Shown here: piece after piece, positions 31,951 through 46,883 of the stretch
Numbering within the stretch: the stretch's first letter is position 1
How the letters are laid out: each line of letters opens with the position of its first letter
Assembly (NCBI RefSeq): GCF_009914755.1
Contig: NC_060926.1
Direction: 5' to 3' (one strand)
DNA length: 64,000 bases
From: the human T2T-CHM13v2.0 reference genome, Homo sapiens
Program-made: the position numbers and the translations under genes
Notes under the pieces: generated by a model
The model's database searches: none
What the model was told of the DNA's origin: nothing
The model's input: the letters and a program-made list of their open reading frames with translations, nothing else

Positions 31951-32678
31951 GATCCCCTTTCTACTTTTGGCCTGGAATATGCAACTCCACACAAAAAGTA
32001 TGTTTTACATATACATAGCATTGTTATATGTAAAAACATAACAGGATGTCTTAATAGAAAAGCATTCTTTTTTTACTATAATTTTTCCCATGTACTTCAT
32101 TTAGATCAATGATGGTTCCTGTACCCCCTAAAATCACCACCAATTGAAGTATGACTCCTCTTTCTATATGATCAATTTTACAATTATCTATATTTTGCCA
32201 CATAGTTTTTACAACTTTGTGTGAACTTCTGAATGGTAAGGAGCATGCCTTATACTATCATGTTTATTTGTATCTAGTATTGCACCTTTCAGATGAGAGA
32301 TACAAGGTATACATTTGCTAAACTGATCCAATGAAAAAGAATATAGAAAGATAGCATTGCCCAAAATACTTTTCTTATATCAGCTCATATGAATCCAAAA
32401 ACATCTGGATAGGCAACTTTTCAAACAGTGAGCCAGTTCATTTAGCCAGTTCATGCAGGGGTTTGGAGGTGCATTTAATCCCAACAGAGAATGGGGACCT
32501 GGTACATCTCTAGGTCAAACTGCTCATGGAAGCCAGATTAAAGGTATTCTATACTTAGTCATTCCTACTCTCAAAACCTTTCAGCCAACATTACCTCTTC
32601 TGTAGTTTGATGGTATAGAGATCTCCGTGTGCTTCAACCTGGGACTGGCTTAAGTTTCTGAATAAAAAATTGGCTTCA

Positions 32679-32970
32679 GGTTGGGTGCAGTGGCTCAAGC
32701 CTGTAATCTCAGCACTTTGGGAGGCCGAGGTGGGTGGAGCACGAGGTCAAGAGACAGAGACCATCCTGGCCAACATGGTGAAACCCTGTCTCTACTAAAA
32801 ATACAAAACTTAGCTGGGCATGGTGGTGTGTGCCTAATATCCCAGATACTTGGGAGGCTGAGGCAGGAGAATCACTTGAACCTGGGAGACAGAGGTTGTA
32901 GCGGGCCGAGATTATGCCATTGCACTACAGCCTGGGCAACAGAGCGAGACTCCATCTCAAAAAAAAAAAA
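32679..32970 (+). mobile_element. AluSc with 15-bp TSD (1 mismatch)
   Basis: cacgaggtcaagag...accatcctggccaacatgg; aaaaaattggcttca / aaaaaattgacttca flanks. Confidence 0.93.
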
Positions 32971-33740
32971 TTGACTTCAAAAGAATTACCATCCAGGGCA
33001 TTTATTATGCAAAGATGGAAAAACTCTCTACATGAGTAAGAAAACAGAGTTAATCCTTCGTTTTCAAAATAGAAAGTCAATTTGGCAACCATCCTGCCTG
33101 GTTATTTGAACTTAATGGATCTCCTTTCAGTCTGCAATTAAAACTGTTTGCGTTTCAGCTACTTATCAGTGCCTTAAACTTGAACATTTTAGCAACCAAT
33201 CTCCAAGGTGATAAACAAGCTCATTTACCTCTGGTAGGAGGGTAAATTGTCATACTTTTTCTGAAGAATAAATTTTTAAAAATAAAAATAAGAAAATAAC
33301 TAGTAAAAATCTTAAGAATTAAGAAATAAACTTTTAAGAATTAACAGGCAGGAATCTATGCAAAGATTTATAGGCAGAAATGTTCATCACAACCTTAAAA
33401 GGGTGAAAAATTGGAAACAATGTAATGATCCCAAGTTGCAAGATTTGCAAAATGCACTATTCTGATGTAACACTATGCAACCACTAAAAATTATGCGGCA
33501 GGAGAAAAAGGGGAAAATATGCAAAATGTTGGTCAATAAGAAAAAAATCTTGTTAAAAATAACATATATAGTGTGATTCTAGTTAAATTAAAGTTCTTGG
33601 ATATGTAGAAAAAAGAGTGTAAAGACACTGTTAATTTTCTTTTGGCAGTGGTTTAGGATTTTGGGTGATTTTTATTGTATTTTGTATGCTTGCTTGCATT
33701 TTCCAAATTATCTACAATGGACATAAAATACTTTATAATT

Positions 33741-33925
33741 ACACAATGGGGCCTTCCAGAGGGTGGAGGGTGGAGGAAAGAAAGGATGAGGAAAATAACT
33801 AATGGGTACTAGGCTTAATACCTGGGTGATACAATAATCTGTACAACAAACACCCATGAAACAAGTTTACCTACGTAACAAACCTGCACATGTGCCCCTA
33901 AACTTTAAATAAAAGTTAAAAATAA
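33741..33925 (+). mobile_element. L1PA15/16-like 3' end, following an L1ME fragment (~33340-33730)
   Basis: ggaaaataactaatgggtactaggcttaatacctgggtgat...aacaaacctgcacatg...aataaaagttaaaa. Confidence 0.8.
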
Positions 33926-34494
33926 TAATAGTAATAACTACAAAAGTATATTGTGTATATTATGTGTAAGTATATTATGGCCAGTTTTTATAATGTCTGG
34001 CCAAGGAAATTAATATTTGGGAGGAGCATGTAAAGGGCATAACTATTATTCATTCCTGAAGTTTCCAAATTCTATTCCTGTATCAGGTCAAATGACAAGA
34101 ATCCTACATATATTCCTATATAACATTTTTCTTATCACCTTGCATGTGGCAGCAGTTTCATTTTCTGTAGAAAAGTTTCAAAGAATCATGATTTAATTTT
34201 ATGCCACAGGTCTTATAAAGGCTGGTACAATCTCATAAGAGGATTGACTTAGGCTCTTGTAAAATTTCTACTGAAAATGCTATCCATTGAGTGGGTTGTA
34301 CTCCTCCTCCCAATACATGCTGCCAGCTGCTGATCTGCTGGTATGTTCTCTATTATTAGCAAATAAGAGCTATATGTTTCCCTTTAACTTTAACCATGTT
34401 CAATTACAACACCCTTCTTTAGTCTTGTTTGCTGACATAATGATATTCCCATTCCCTTAATTTCTCATCTTTTATTCTTTTACTGACTTTCTAT

Positions 34495-34870
34495 TTTAAT
34501 GATTCCTAATACGAAACAGATGGCACACTGAAAATTAGGATAAGTTAAGAAGAATGTAATAAGCGGACAACCGACAAAGGAGGGTGGGAATGCAGGGCAA
34601 CCGCAAGGGCTCATACAGTGCTGGGTGAGGAGGACCCCTGACGGGAGCTGAGATCTTTGGTGAAGGACACAACTGGTCAGTACAACCCTGCAGGGCAAGG
34701 AGCTGCAGAAACAACTATCCAAACCCCACACCTCTCCCTCACCTTGATCTCCCATGTTCCACTTCGGCTGAACCAAACCAAAAGCCAGAGGGCAAGGAAG
34801 CCATGTGTGAAAACTGTGCTACAGAGCAGAATGGAGAGTGATACGACTCAGGGAGAAGATATCCAGCACT
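34495..34870 (-). mobile_element. ERVL LTR (LTR33-like)
   Basis: gaaacagatggcacact at the left; aaccaaaagccagagggcaagg and gaagatatccagcac at the right are LTR33-type motifs. Confidence 0.6.
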
Positions 34871-35556
34871 AAAGTATTAATGCCTTTTATTATAAATTGT
34901 TTGGAAGTAGATGATGTCTATATGCATAAATAAATAACACTAATCTCTTTTAGGTGATGTTTACTTTGGTCACTTATGTGAGCATTTTCCCATAGCAAAG
35001 CTTCCCACTCAAATTGGCAGTAAGCTATTTTCTGCTGTGATGCAGTCCCATGTCCTTATAACATGATGAGCCAAGAAAGTATTCTTGGGTAAACACATTA
35101 GTTATCTCCCCCTTAATTGAAATGCCAGGTGGATTAAAAAATAACTGTCATGTCTTCTTTAGGAGGAAGGTCTGTTTTCAGTATGGGCATTGAAATATTG
35201 CATAATGATCATGTCATATGTTGATATGGCTGAAATGAATTTGCCTGTAATCCTGTTTAATTTCTCTCTTTTCACTATTCATTAAGAAGGGAGTATATAG
35301 ACTAAGGATGTTGTATTTCAAAACCTGAAGTGTCAGAGAGAGTGAAAAGTGAAAAGTAATCAAACCTGAGTCATTCAATCATGACTTAGAACCAAGGTGA
35401 TTTTTGCAATCATTTAATCAAAACACCTCATTTTACAACTAAGGAGGCAAAACCCACAGAGCCTACATAACTTGCTAAGGTCACCGCTCTTGTTAAGACC
35501 TCTCAGCTTGGCATGCTTTCCTCTACACCATAACATCAAAGGAGAGTGATATACTT

Positions 35557-37210
35557 TTCATTCATTTAATTCATTTATTCAATCACTAATTTTGAGTGCC
35601 CTGTGCCAGCACTGGGGCTAAAGCAATAAAGAAACTAGACAAATTCTCTTTTCTCATGGGGCTTACATTCTAGAAGTGGGAGTGAAGATAGTCAATAAAT
35701 AGATGTCGGGAGTGACAAGTGCTAAGGAAAAAATGAAGCAGGATAAATAGATAGTGACAGAGAAAGAGGATGCCATTTTTGTTGGGCCATCAAGGACTTT
35801 CTTTCTAAGATGACATTTGTGCAGGACCCTGAATGCTGTGCAGGAGTTAGTCATGCAGACATCTGGGAGAGCAGTGTTCCAAACCTGAGCAAAAGGCTGA
35901 GAGGACATATGCTCGAGTGTTCATGGAGTAGGAAGTAGGTTGCTTGGGCTGGAGCTCAACGATGGGAAGAGGAGTAGGATATGAGATTTAAGAAGTATCG
36001 GAGCAGAGCAGAGAGGTAGATCACACAGGGCCCTGTATGTCCCTTCTAGACTTCTAGATTCTATTCTGAGTAGAATGGGAAGTCATTGACGTGTTTTCTG
36101 CAGAGCAGTGACATGATCTAAAGTGAGTTTTAGAATGATCGGTCTGCCTACTGTGTGGGAAACTGATTGGAGAGGCAGAGTGGAAATGGAAAGGGAGGGG
36201 ACAGATTAATTAGGAGATTAGGAAGCTATTATAATAGTCCTAATTATATTTTAAAGGTACAGCCTTCTATCCATGCCAACAGGTAAGCGTATAAGGGCGG
36301 AAACAGAAGTCAGAGAGGATACCAAGCCTTTCGGCCTGAGTGCTAGCAGACTAGATTTCCATTTACTGAAAAAAGAAAAACTAGGGAAAGAGTATTTTGG
36401 AGACAAAAGCAAGAATACAGTTTGGGAATATTAGATTTGAGGAGTTAACACATATGAGTTTGGAGTTCAAAAGAAAAGTCCAGGCCAAAGGTATGAATTG
36501 GTATTAGGAAATAAATGGTATACGAAGTCATATGGATTGGCTGAGATCATTACAGAGTACACATACTGAGAGGACTGACCCCCACCCTGCCACCCCAGGA
36601 GACTCCAAAGCTTAGAAGATGGAATGGTGAGGAGTTTACTGAGAGGAAGATACCAGTAAGACAGAGGAACAAAGAAAGAATGGCTTCCTAGAGGCCAAGG
36701 GAATCAAGTTTTCCAAGGAGGAGGCAGTGATCAATTCCATCATAATAATTCAAGTAAGGTGAAGACAAAGAATTGATCATTGAAATACGGAGGTAAGCAA
36801 TGATGTTGGCAAGTGCGACATTGCTGGAGCGGAGGGACAAAATGGTTCAAGAGGGAATGAGAGGAGAGACACTGGAGACACTGTGTATAGGCCAGGGAAT
36901 GATGAGATTTTCTGAAGAGGGCATGTGGGATCAAGGGAGGGTAGTTTATAGATGAAGGTCATAATGGTGTATTTTTAGGGTACCTGGAAAGAGCTAGAAA
37001 AAGGGGGATGGTGGTGGGAGAGAAATTGGGATAAACTTGAGCAGGAGAAGGGGGACAGGATTCCATGCACAAATGGAGGGACTAGCCTTAGACAGGAGCA
37101 TGACACGTCATGCACTGTAAAAAGAGGTAAGGGGAGGTAAGGGGTACAGATTCTGAGAGGTGGGCAGATGTCATATTGGAAACCTGTGGAAATTCTCTTC
37201 TTGTGAAATA
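35557..37210 (-). mobile_element. L2 LINE, ~1.6 kb
   Basis: ttcattcatttaattcatttattcaat...gagtgcc tail and a typical L2 body (agagcagtgacatgatct, ccatttactga). Confidence 0.75.
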
Positions 37211-37684
37211 TGATGTCAGTAGGAAAAGAAATCACACCAAAATCATTACATTTTCTTCAGTCTGCTTAACAAAAGAATGGCACTGAGGAGGCGATGAAGA
37301 AGGTATTTTTTATCTGTTCCATAACACATGTCTTGATACTTCAACTATGATCATATTATAATGGTCTGGTGTCCTGTAAGTGTTTACACATCATAATTCA
37401 TTATCTCAGAGGGAAGAATCTTGAAAGAATTTTAAGAAGAGTAGGGAGACAGACATAGTAAGCAGTGTGAACTTTTAGAACACAAAAGAAATTCTACTAG
37501 AAAGCAGGCAGGTACTAATAAAGAGTTTTAAGATTATCAATTACCTAGCCACTGAATAGTTCTGAGTAAACCAGGACAGGACCAAAGCCATTAAAGTGAC
37601 CCGAAAGTAAATAGTTTGAAACTGAGATTTCTCAAAATTAATTAATCACAAAATTAACAGCACACAGCAATCATGATGATGGGG

Positions 37685-37915
37685 AGCATAACACAGTGTC
37701 TAAAATCATACCGGTCAGACCACTCAGGTTCAAATCCTTACTGCACACTTAATGTTCATGTGACTTCGGGGAAATTACATAACCCCTATGTGCCTCAGTT
37801 TCTTCATTTATGAAATGAGGATCATATAAGTATCTACCCCTTAGGGCTGTTAAGAAGATTAAATGAACATGGAATACTGCCTTGCACATAGCAAGTACTG
37901 TTTAGGTATCTGTTA
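37685..37915 (+). mobile_element. MIR SINE
   Basis: ggttcaaatcc...tgtgacttcggggaaattacataacccctatgtgcctcagttttcttcat...aagattaaatga. Confidence 0.85.
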
Positions 37916-39213
37916 ATTAAATCAAATCCCTATGAATAATCAAGACCTAGCCAGAAAGTACAGTCAAAAATTTATACCTGGAGTTAAATTCAAGATTCTT
38001 TCTCTAAAACTGTCTAACGGGAAATCTTTTCCAGAAAAACAAATACATCTGGCTCCTGATTATCCAGGCTTTCTCTCTCTCTCTCTCTCTCCCTCCCCAC
38101 CCACCCCTGGCTTTTTCTTAAAACTATGTCCTGACAGAGGGTAGAAAGATTCCATCAGCTTTTCTACCTTTTAAAAAGATGCTCTAGTGGAAGTTTTTAT
38201 TTTTACAAGACAGCTGAAACCAGAAAAGTGAGCTTCTCGGATTACCATTCTACCATCTGTGGGTTACCACCACAACTTTTCTGTTACCTATTGACTCATA
38301 TACTGTACCAAGAGTTGACCGTGTGCTCAGTCTCATGTTAGAAGGTTAATTTAAGTTAATTTAAATTAATAAGGTTGATTTAAATTAATAAGTTAATTTA
38401 ATAAAATAATGTTTATTTCTAAGTTTTAATAACAAAACAAGGAACATTATGAACATTTAAAAATTAGATGATCCCTAGTTTATTTCTTCTGCATAATTAA
38501 ACCTCCTATTCTACTTAATTTCTTCACACATACAATAATACTAAAAGAACCAATATTAAATCTTCAGAAAATAAGGTCTGAATCCCAGTTTACTTGGGAG
38601 TCTTGTCTACAAAAAACATATGCTATCGTCTCCTTTTGACCATTATATTATCCTGATAGTTAATTTACCAATTAGGTTTTTTTTTTCTTTAGTTCCCATG
38701 TTTGCAGTACTCCATCAGATTCCCAAAGAAAAAGACTAATAACTAAATAAAAAATACTCCCTTAAACTTTGCAAGATCACATGTCTAGGAGTTATTAATT
38801 GAAAGAATCACAAAAGGGAGGGTAGGAAGCAGTTAATCAGAGTGGCCCTCAGCCAAGTGGGGACACTTCAGCTCTACTGGCAGCAAGTTCTTTTGCAGTG
38901 AGGATGCTTGCTGTGAGAGATCTCGGTGGATGGATGTTAGAGCCAAGCCCAAGTTGGTGTTCAGAGTGGTTCAAAGACATGTTTCCAGGGTCTAAGAAGT
39001 CTATGAGAGTTCTTATACTCCATATTCTCAGGTTTACAAACATGTAAAAAGAGTGCTATAAGCCAACTTTAGATCATCTGAATGACACTGTACTATTGAG
39101 TCCTGCCATGGGATTTTTGTGTTCACATTTCATGTGGCCCTAGTAACATATTATATAAACTGACAATATTTACAGTTTAAGTCATGTTTGTCTAACTGGG
39201 ATCCAGTTAGATC

Positions 39214-39214
<1 letters not shown>

Positions 39215-39287
<73 letters not shown>
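39215..39287. repeat. Compound (CT)n(CA)n microsatellite
   Basis: Read directly. Confidence 0.97.
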
Positions 39288-39289
<2 letters not shown>

Positions 39290-41119
39290 CTTTAAAAGAA
39301 GTATCAGCCTCTCTGTTACACAAGGTTAACAAGGAGAGTCATGAGGGAAAAGGACCTGGAAGAAATGGATGACCTGGGCCAGGATCAGCAGGTACCATCT
39401 CACAGGGACCTCTCTGCTATGTGCTGGCTTCCAGGCAGCACTCTGATTTTCCCACCGCCTGAAGCCCTGAGATCTGTATCACTCTCCCTCAACAGCAGAG
39501 CATTCGATGGAGATGAAAGGCATTCAGTCACAGGCAATCAAAGAAAACTGCAGAGGACAGTCCCATATCCTGCAGTTCCTACAGTACACACACGCCTGCA
39601 ACAATTAAAGGCCTCAATGGAAACAGGTAAATTAATAGAAAGAGAGTTAATAAACCCTATTGGAGTCAGTTAGGGCAAAAAGTCTATACTCTAAGGCCTG
39701 AACTTTGATTAGCTATAGCAAAACTAATCACTTCTGTTAGCATAAGAGTATTCACACTAGGAAGCAGTCAGACCAGCATGGGTGAGTGTGAAGACAGATG
39801 CCCAAATTACAGTTTGATGATACTGGAACAGGAAATAAAAGGAGGTCTAGGCATGGATGAGAACAAAGGCACTCTCCTAACCGCTCCAACTTAGGTTAAT
39901 GTTAGGTTAGGTTAGGTTAAGGCTTTGTTGATACTCCCTGAGAAAGCAGGAAGTAAATCTCAAAGTCACACTCTACATGTGTGTGTACACATGCATATAC
40001 ATATATTTGCATATGCATATATGTATGTATGTATATGCACAAATGTATTTAATTTGCTATATATGGGCATGCTTAATTTAACCAGTAACAAACTCTATAT
40101 AGTTCATTTTATATTTTTAGTTTTTCTCTATTAACTCTTTTTGTTGTGCTTATAAAGTCTGAAGCTAAAAGATATCCTTCTGTATTATTAATAAGAGCTC
40201 CCATTGACCTAAGAATTGTATATCATTTTGTGGCCGAGCAGGTAAACACCTCCCTTTAAACAGAGATGAGAAAGGGGGCAATTTCTTGAGTGGATGATCT
40301 CTTATAATTGCATGAGGTATGGAGAATGGAGGACTGGGTATAATACATGTCACAATAAAGGCACTTGGTATGTACTTATTGAACAAGCAAATGAATGAAT
40401 GATCATTTTGTTTGGACCCTTAATGCCCCCTTTGGAATTATACACAATCTTATTGTGAATGTATCTTACTAGGAGTTGATACCATTATCCTATGTTAAAG
40501 GGTGGGGAGGCTATTGGAAAGGAGGCAAATGCCACATAGTACTATGTGCTGGAGGACATTCGTACCAATACTCAATATAACAGTAAATGAAATATGTTGA
40601 GCCATAGTATTTTCTGAAAGGTGACTTTGGGATTTCAAAATAAAACACAGATTAGAAGACTTATGTATATAGTTTACAATAAGGTCAGCAAGTCATGAAA
40701 CTTATGAAGTTAGTATATGTTTTATTTGTTTGAACTATTTAGGTGCTAATCAGTACATTTTGTTGATGATTGCCACTTAGAACCACAGGATGTACTTACT
40801 AATGAGTCAAAGATTCTTTGCTTTAAAGTGGATAACTATTTCTGCATGCCCTATGCTGTAATTAGAACATTTCTTCTTACTTGACCTTTCAATGGATTCC
40901 ACTGTCACTAGTGTTGGTATAGTTCTGCCATTCTAGAGACATTCTGTTACTTGGTAAAGAGTAACCAGGCAAAGAGAAAAAGAACTGTATTCATGACAAT
41001 AGTTTCTGAATCAGCATTAAAACCACTGCCTCTCATTATTATTATCTTTATCTCGTTTCTACCTTTTCTATTTGGTTCTCATGATTTTTCTAACTGCCTT
41101 CTGCTCTACCATTCCACTG

Positions 41120-41370
41120 GGGTAACAATAATAAAAGTAACAATTAGAACATCATTTACTGAGGCCTTTCTAAGTGCCAGCCACGTGCAAACTGCTTCAC
41201 ATGCATTTTCTTATCATACAAATGCAAATAGCACACAGACACAAACACTGAAATGGAGAAAAAGTAATTTCCCTCAAGGCCCCACAGTTAAGAAGTGGCA
41301 GTGCTGGAACTCCAGCTCAGGTCTGAGGGAACGCAAAAAGCCCCATGCTCAATACCACCCTGAGCCATTC
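41120..41370 (-). mobile_element. MIR SINE
   Basis: catttactgagg...gtgccag...agtaatttccctcaaggcccacagttaagaagtggcagtgctggaactc. Confidence 0.7.
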
Positions 41371-42499
41371 CCCACTTGCAGTGGGCTCACTGAATTCATG
41401 GCCTTCCACATCTGCTACCCACTCTGTAGTTTTTTTTTTTTTTTTCTCCTTCCACCATGGCTCTTCTTCATCTTTATTCTGGTAAATACATCCTCTTAGA
41501 TCAGCTCCAATACCTCCATATCTAGGAACTTCTTGGCTCAGGTCTTAATGAGGTTGTTAGTGAACCATTTAGTTATAGGTTTAAGGCCAACATATAGTTG
41601 AATAAAGGTGTCTTTGGACTGCTCTCCTTCTATTGAGCCTTTAGTGAAATATCATTTCAGTACCATGGATGTACCAGGGGATATGGAAGCTACCCTATAC
41701 TCTTCTTAGGGGGAATGCTCATCTTCCACTCCTCACATAGCTGGGAACTTCCTCTCCCCAGGAGGGTTCACAGTATGGCCTGTCATTCTGATTGGCAAAT
41801 GTGGGAGAAATGACTGAACAAGTTCAGCTCAGCCCTGTCTCTCTCTTAAAATGCCGTCTGTCTTCAGGCGGCACTTTCCCCTTTCTCTGCCTTGCAGTAA
41901 GTAGCCTGTGCTTTTACAGGAGGATCTGGATAGTCACAGCTCTTTCTGAGCCTAGAGAGGTGGGTTTGTTCAATGATGGAAGTATCAAAAAAATGCAAGG
42001 GGCCACAGGGGCCAGCCACAGTCTCTAATACCTGGGCTATTAAATTCTGCCCTCTTGGTTCAAGGGTCATTCGTCCTTCTTCTTGAATGGTAGTAGGCAC
42101 TTGCATTTGAGTCGTTTTATCAGCCTGCCTCCCATCACTATAATCAAATTTTGGGGGACTATTAGCCCATTTTCACATCATACTCTCTCTGTCCCTTTCA
42201 GTCCAAGCTGGCAGTGTTTCTAATAAAATTTTCCCAAGAACCCAGCAGGACCTCTGTGGATTTTTTGGGAATTCACTACCTCAGACAAAAGCTATACCAC
42301 AATCTTTTTGAAATAATCTCGTCTCTCTCGGTCTCCTGCCGAGATGGCTGAGGGATACCACTCTTAAGCTTCCTGGAGGCCTGCTAGTTTGAAAAGATCC
42401 ATGAGAAGCACCGTTGATCTCCCAGAAGGGTCTTTTATATAACTAAATACTCTGACTTTTGATCTTTTCAAGACTAAAACAAAGGACTGTATATTCACA

Positions 42500-43050
42500 C
42501 CTCAGTCTGTTCTTCATGCCATACTGTTGGCAGTAATTTGTTAACTCTAAGATCTTTTCCAATCTAGATAGGTCAAGAAGTCCCCAAAGCATCAAGTCTT
42601 GATCCTTTTCACTTAAATTTCTTCCTTCTATTTATCTCTTTTCTTTTTACTATAAGCAGCAGAAAGAATCCAGGTGGCACCTTCAACATTTTTTTTTTTT
42701 TGATATCTTAGTTCATCAACTAGGAAGTTCATTTCTGGTTAATTTGTTTTCCATCTAACTGCAGGACATGACTGCCCTAGGCTTTCTGTCACCACATTAA
42801 CAGTGATCCATCCTCCTTTTTCCAGTTTCCAATAATACATTCATTACTTCCTCCTCAGCCCTCACCAGTCACGTTGTTAACATCCATATTTCTACTAACA
42901 GTTGATTCAAGGTATTCTAGCATTTTGCTATCATCCTCAAGATGACATCCTTAAAATTCTTCCAGCCTCTTCCCACTTATGAATTCCAAAGCCACTTCTG
43001 CATTTTTACGTATTTGTTATGGCAGCATTTCACTTCCAGATACTAAAATC
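42500..43050 (-). mobile_element. MLT1 internal sequence attached to its 5' LTR (may extend left to ~41550)
   Basis: Reverse complement at the LTR junction reads gattttagtatctggaagtgaaatgctgccataacaaatac, the typical MaLR-int start. Confidence 0.65.
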
Positions 43051-43640
43051 TGTATTAGTTTTTTTTAAATCGTTGTTGTATAAAAATTGACTCAAATTTA
43101 GCAGCTTAAAACAACACTCACTTGCTAGCTCAGAATTCTGTAAACCAGAAGTCTAGCATGGTGTGGTTGGGCTCTCTGCTTATGGTATCACCAGGCTGAA
43201 ATCAAGGTATTGACAAAACTGAGTTCTCACCTGGAGAAAAAATCTGCTTCCAATCCCATTCATAAAAGTCCAGTTCTTTATGGCTATGGGCCTGTAGGCT
43301 ATAGGTCCCATTTCCTTGCTGGCCATCAGCCCGGGCCACCCTCATCTCCTTGAGGCCACCACATTCCTTGCCATGTGACTCCCTCAGTCTTTTATCTATC
43401 AATGGTGGTCACATCCTTCTCATGTTTCAAATCTCTTACCACCCCAGTCTGCGATCACTCTGCCTTTAAAGGGCTCATGTGATTAGGTCAGGACCACTCG
43501 ATAATTTTAAGGTCTTCTGTGCCATATAATCTGACCCAATCGTGGGAGTAAAATCCACAGTATTTATGGTCTGGGTGATTATACAGGCCACGGCTGGAGG
43601 GTGAGTAGGGGATCCTATAGCCCACCTTAGAAGCCTACTT
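43051..43640 (-). mobile_element. MaLR LTR (MLT1E-like)
   Basis: tgtattagtt...gcagcttaaaacaacac...ggctgaaatcaaggt...tttaaagggctcatgtgattaggtcagg. Confidence 0.8.
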
Positions 43641-46212
43641 ATTTTGGTGTTATTCATTGACCGACCCCTTTAAATTCAACAATCCTGAAAAAGCAGAGTT
43701 TAAAGCCTGGGAATTTTTTAAAAAATCATTCTTCTGTGCTCACCATTTTTTCTACTCTTAGCTCTTTAGATCAGTATACTATTAGAATAAAAGATGCTGG
43801 AGAACAGATTTTATAATGTCATGATTCATTGCCCTGATAAGAACCTACAAATTCCCACACTGGGAGAATGGTTCAGATCTGAAATGGGGAGGTACTCTGA
43901 ATTCTCTCCTGTGCAAGAGCTTCTGGAGTCTTCTGAAATAAGAATGGTTACAGTCCTTTAACCTGCATTCTGTTTATGACAGTCTACTGGTTTTTGTTTT
44001 AGACTATTTCTCCTCTTCTTGGTTCTCTGCAGGAAACATGTAATTTGGGTATTATGAGATCCCCTGAGGGGGTGGGGGAACACCCAAGTGCCAATGTTCT
44101 ACCAAAGCCATGTCTTTTGGTATTTATTGGTATGATGTTACAAGAAGCTAAGAATTCACAAAGTGGCAGATCCCTCCCCAGAAAGATCTCTAAGGTAAGG
44201 CTGAAGGTCACAGCAGAGGTATCCTGATATCCTTGAAAATGCTCCCCACTCCTCAATTGCACAAAGTGTCTGGTGTGCAGATTAGGAGTTGGCAAAATTA
44301 GAGAGAATTTTGAAACGCTAGACGAGGGGAGAGATATGTCTTCTTTTTATGTGAGTCTTGCTAAAATCTCCATTTTGGAAGTGAGGCTAGAACCATCCTT
44401 GTAATGGATTCTGTGGAACTCTAAACTAGGCATCATGCAGCAACAACATCTCCTAAACCTCAATAATGCAGAGAAATTTTTCTGTGATTTAAGCTACACA
44501 AAGAGCCACATCTAGAGAAAGGGTGGTATGGGAACCAATATTATATAAGGTCCATCTAGCAAGGAAATTTTGTTTCTTACAATAGCTCCCAGGGATCATT
44601 TATAGAGAGGTGTTATCTTTTGATTTTATCATGACAACAATTTCAGAAATAGAGAGATGCTCCTGAAAAACATCAATATCATCTAACAACTTAGGAATCA
44701 AAACTTTCTTTGAGTCTTAAAACTATGAAAACTGTAACTATTATATTCAACTTGAGTTTTAAAGCATAGAAGAAAAAGTGATTTAAGGAGCTGGGCAACT
44801 GCAAGGGTAAAATTAGCATCGAATACAAACCAAAATATTATTCCAGTAAATTGGTCATAACAGACAAATTGCTGGAAAGAAGAATTAGGAGGAAGATTAC
44901 CTCTTGTTCAGAAATTGTATGGTGGAGTTTTGCACATGGCACAGTTTCTCTGCCTCTACTGCCAGTCCCTTAGGAAAAGGGAAAGCCAGGTAGATGAGAC
45001 AGCAGATGGGGGGAAAACAGAGCACCAGCTACCAAAGCAACACCTCTCATGACAGCAGGGGGCTGCTGGTGTAATTTTCTGCCAAGCTGCTGTTAAACGC
45101 TGAAGAACCAAAATGTATCTCCAACAGTAAAATAGTTAAAACAAAGATAATCTAGGTTTGTGGTGAGTATATGTAAAGACAGCTAGAACTTCTGGTCAGT
45201 ATCTCTGAGTTGACATGGAAATCTCCTTTCCTACCTCAAACACATAGAAATGCTGGACAAACTATAACACAACTACACACACACATACACGCACACACAC
45301 TGCCCCAGTGCCAAAAATAAACATGGAACCTAAAGTCAGAGCAGTCAGAGAGAGCTGAAGCCAAAGGACTTGAGGAAAACTGGGACCCAGTATAGGTCTG
45401 CATAGCTGGTGGCCGGGCCTTTAACATTTGTCATGGGACCTGTGCTCACAGGAGCTGGAATCAAGCTACTTAAAAATAGCACAAAGTCACATAGGACTTG
45501 TCCAGATACAAAATAGGGACTAGATACACCATAATCACTCTCTGCAAAAGTTCCAGGGAGACCAGAGAAGAAAAGGGTCAAGTGCAGAACCCCAGACCAG
45601 TGCTGTGCACTAGCCCTAAATCTGATGCACTCTAGGCTCACGGCATAGTGTCCCAAGTCTAGAAACTGATAGGAAAATTGTTTCCAGGCCAAAGGGTAAA
45701 ATGCATATGACCTTCAACAGAGACACATGTAAGAGCCACCTGTAGAGATGCTCTTGCTACCAGGTCACAGTTCATGAAGAGAAGCATAATTCATAAGAAA
45801 CAGTTTAATAACCTTGATTACTTGAGCGTTTTAAATTTCCATGGCAATATAGATACTGCAGGCAAAATTAAAAGGCAAATGACCAACGGGTGAAAATACA
45901 TGCAACCCATATAACTACAAAAAGAAATAGTATCTAGAATTTATAAAGAGCTTTTACATATTAATTTAAAAAATGGATTTTAAAAGTATGAATAAGTGAG
46001 TTACAGAGAAAGAAAACTCTCCAGTAAACATGAAAGATTTTCAACCTCACAAATGATCATGGAAATACAAATTAAAATATTTATAAGATACTTTTAAAAT
46101 TTATCAAATTGACAAAAGTAAAAAAGCAAAGTTGTAGTATCTTATAAACCACCCCCCAAAATCTTATAAAGTTGAAAGTATATGAATCTACAACACAGTT
46201 ATTCTCCTTCTA

Positions 46213-46660
<448 letters not shown>

Positions 46661-46699
46661 CAGAGTGAATTAGGTCTATGTGTATTACTAACACAGGTA

Positions 46700-46883
46700 T
46701 ATTTATATTTTTATTTTACTTTAAGTTCTGGGATACACGTGCAGAACATGCAGGTTTGTTACATAGGTATACATGTGCCATGGTGGTTTGCTGCACCCAT
46801 CAACCCATCATCTAGGTTTTAAGCCCTGCATGCATTAGGTATTTGTCCTAATGCTCTCCCTCCCCTTGTCCCCCACCCCCTGA
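46700..46883 (-). mobile_element. L1PA8-like 3' tail
   Basis: ttttactttaagttctgggatacacgtgcag...tctaggttttaagccctgcatgcattaggtatttgtcc. Confidence 0.88.

Noticed and set aside
39191-39211. Perfect 9-bp hairpin tctaactgg-gat-ccagttaga
   Set aside because: A stem this short can arise by chance in 64 kb, and there is no supporting context.
39891-39922. (TTAGG)n-like run resembling a telomeric repeat
   Set aside because: About six degenerate pentamers, not vertebrate TTAGGG; an ordinary microsatellite.
40951-41499. 182-aa ORF
   Set aside because: TTG start, overlaps a MIR and a T-run, low-complexity translation, no recognisable domain.
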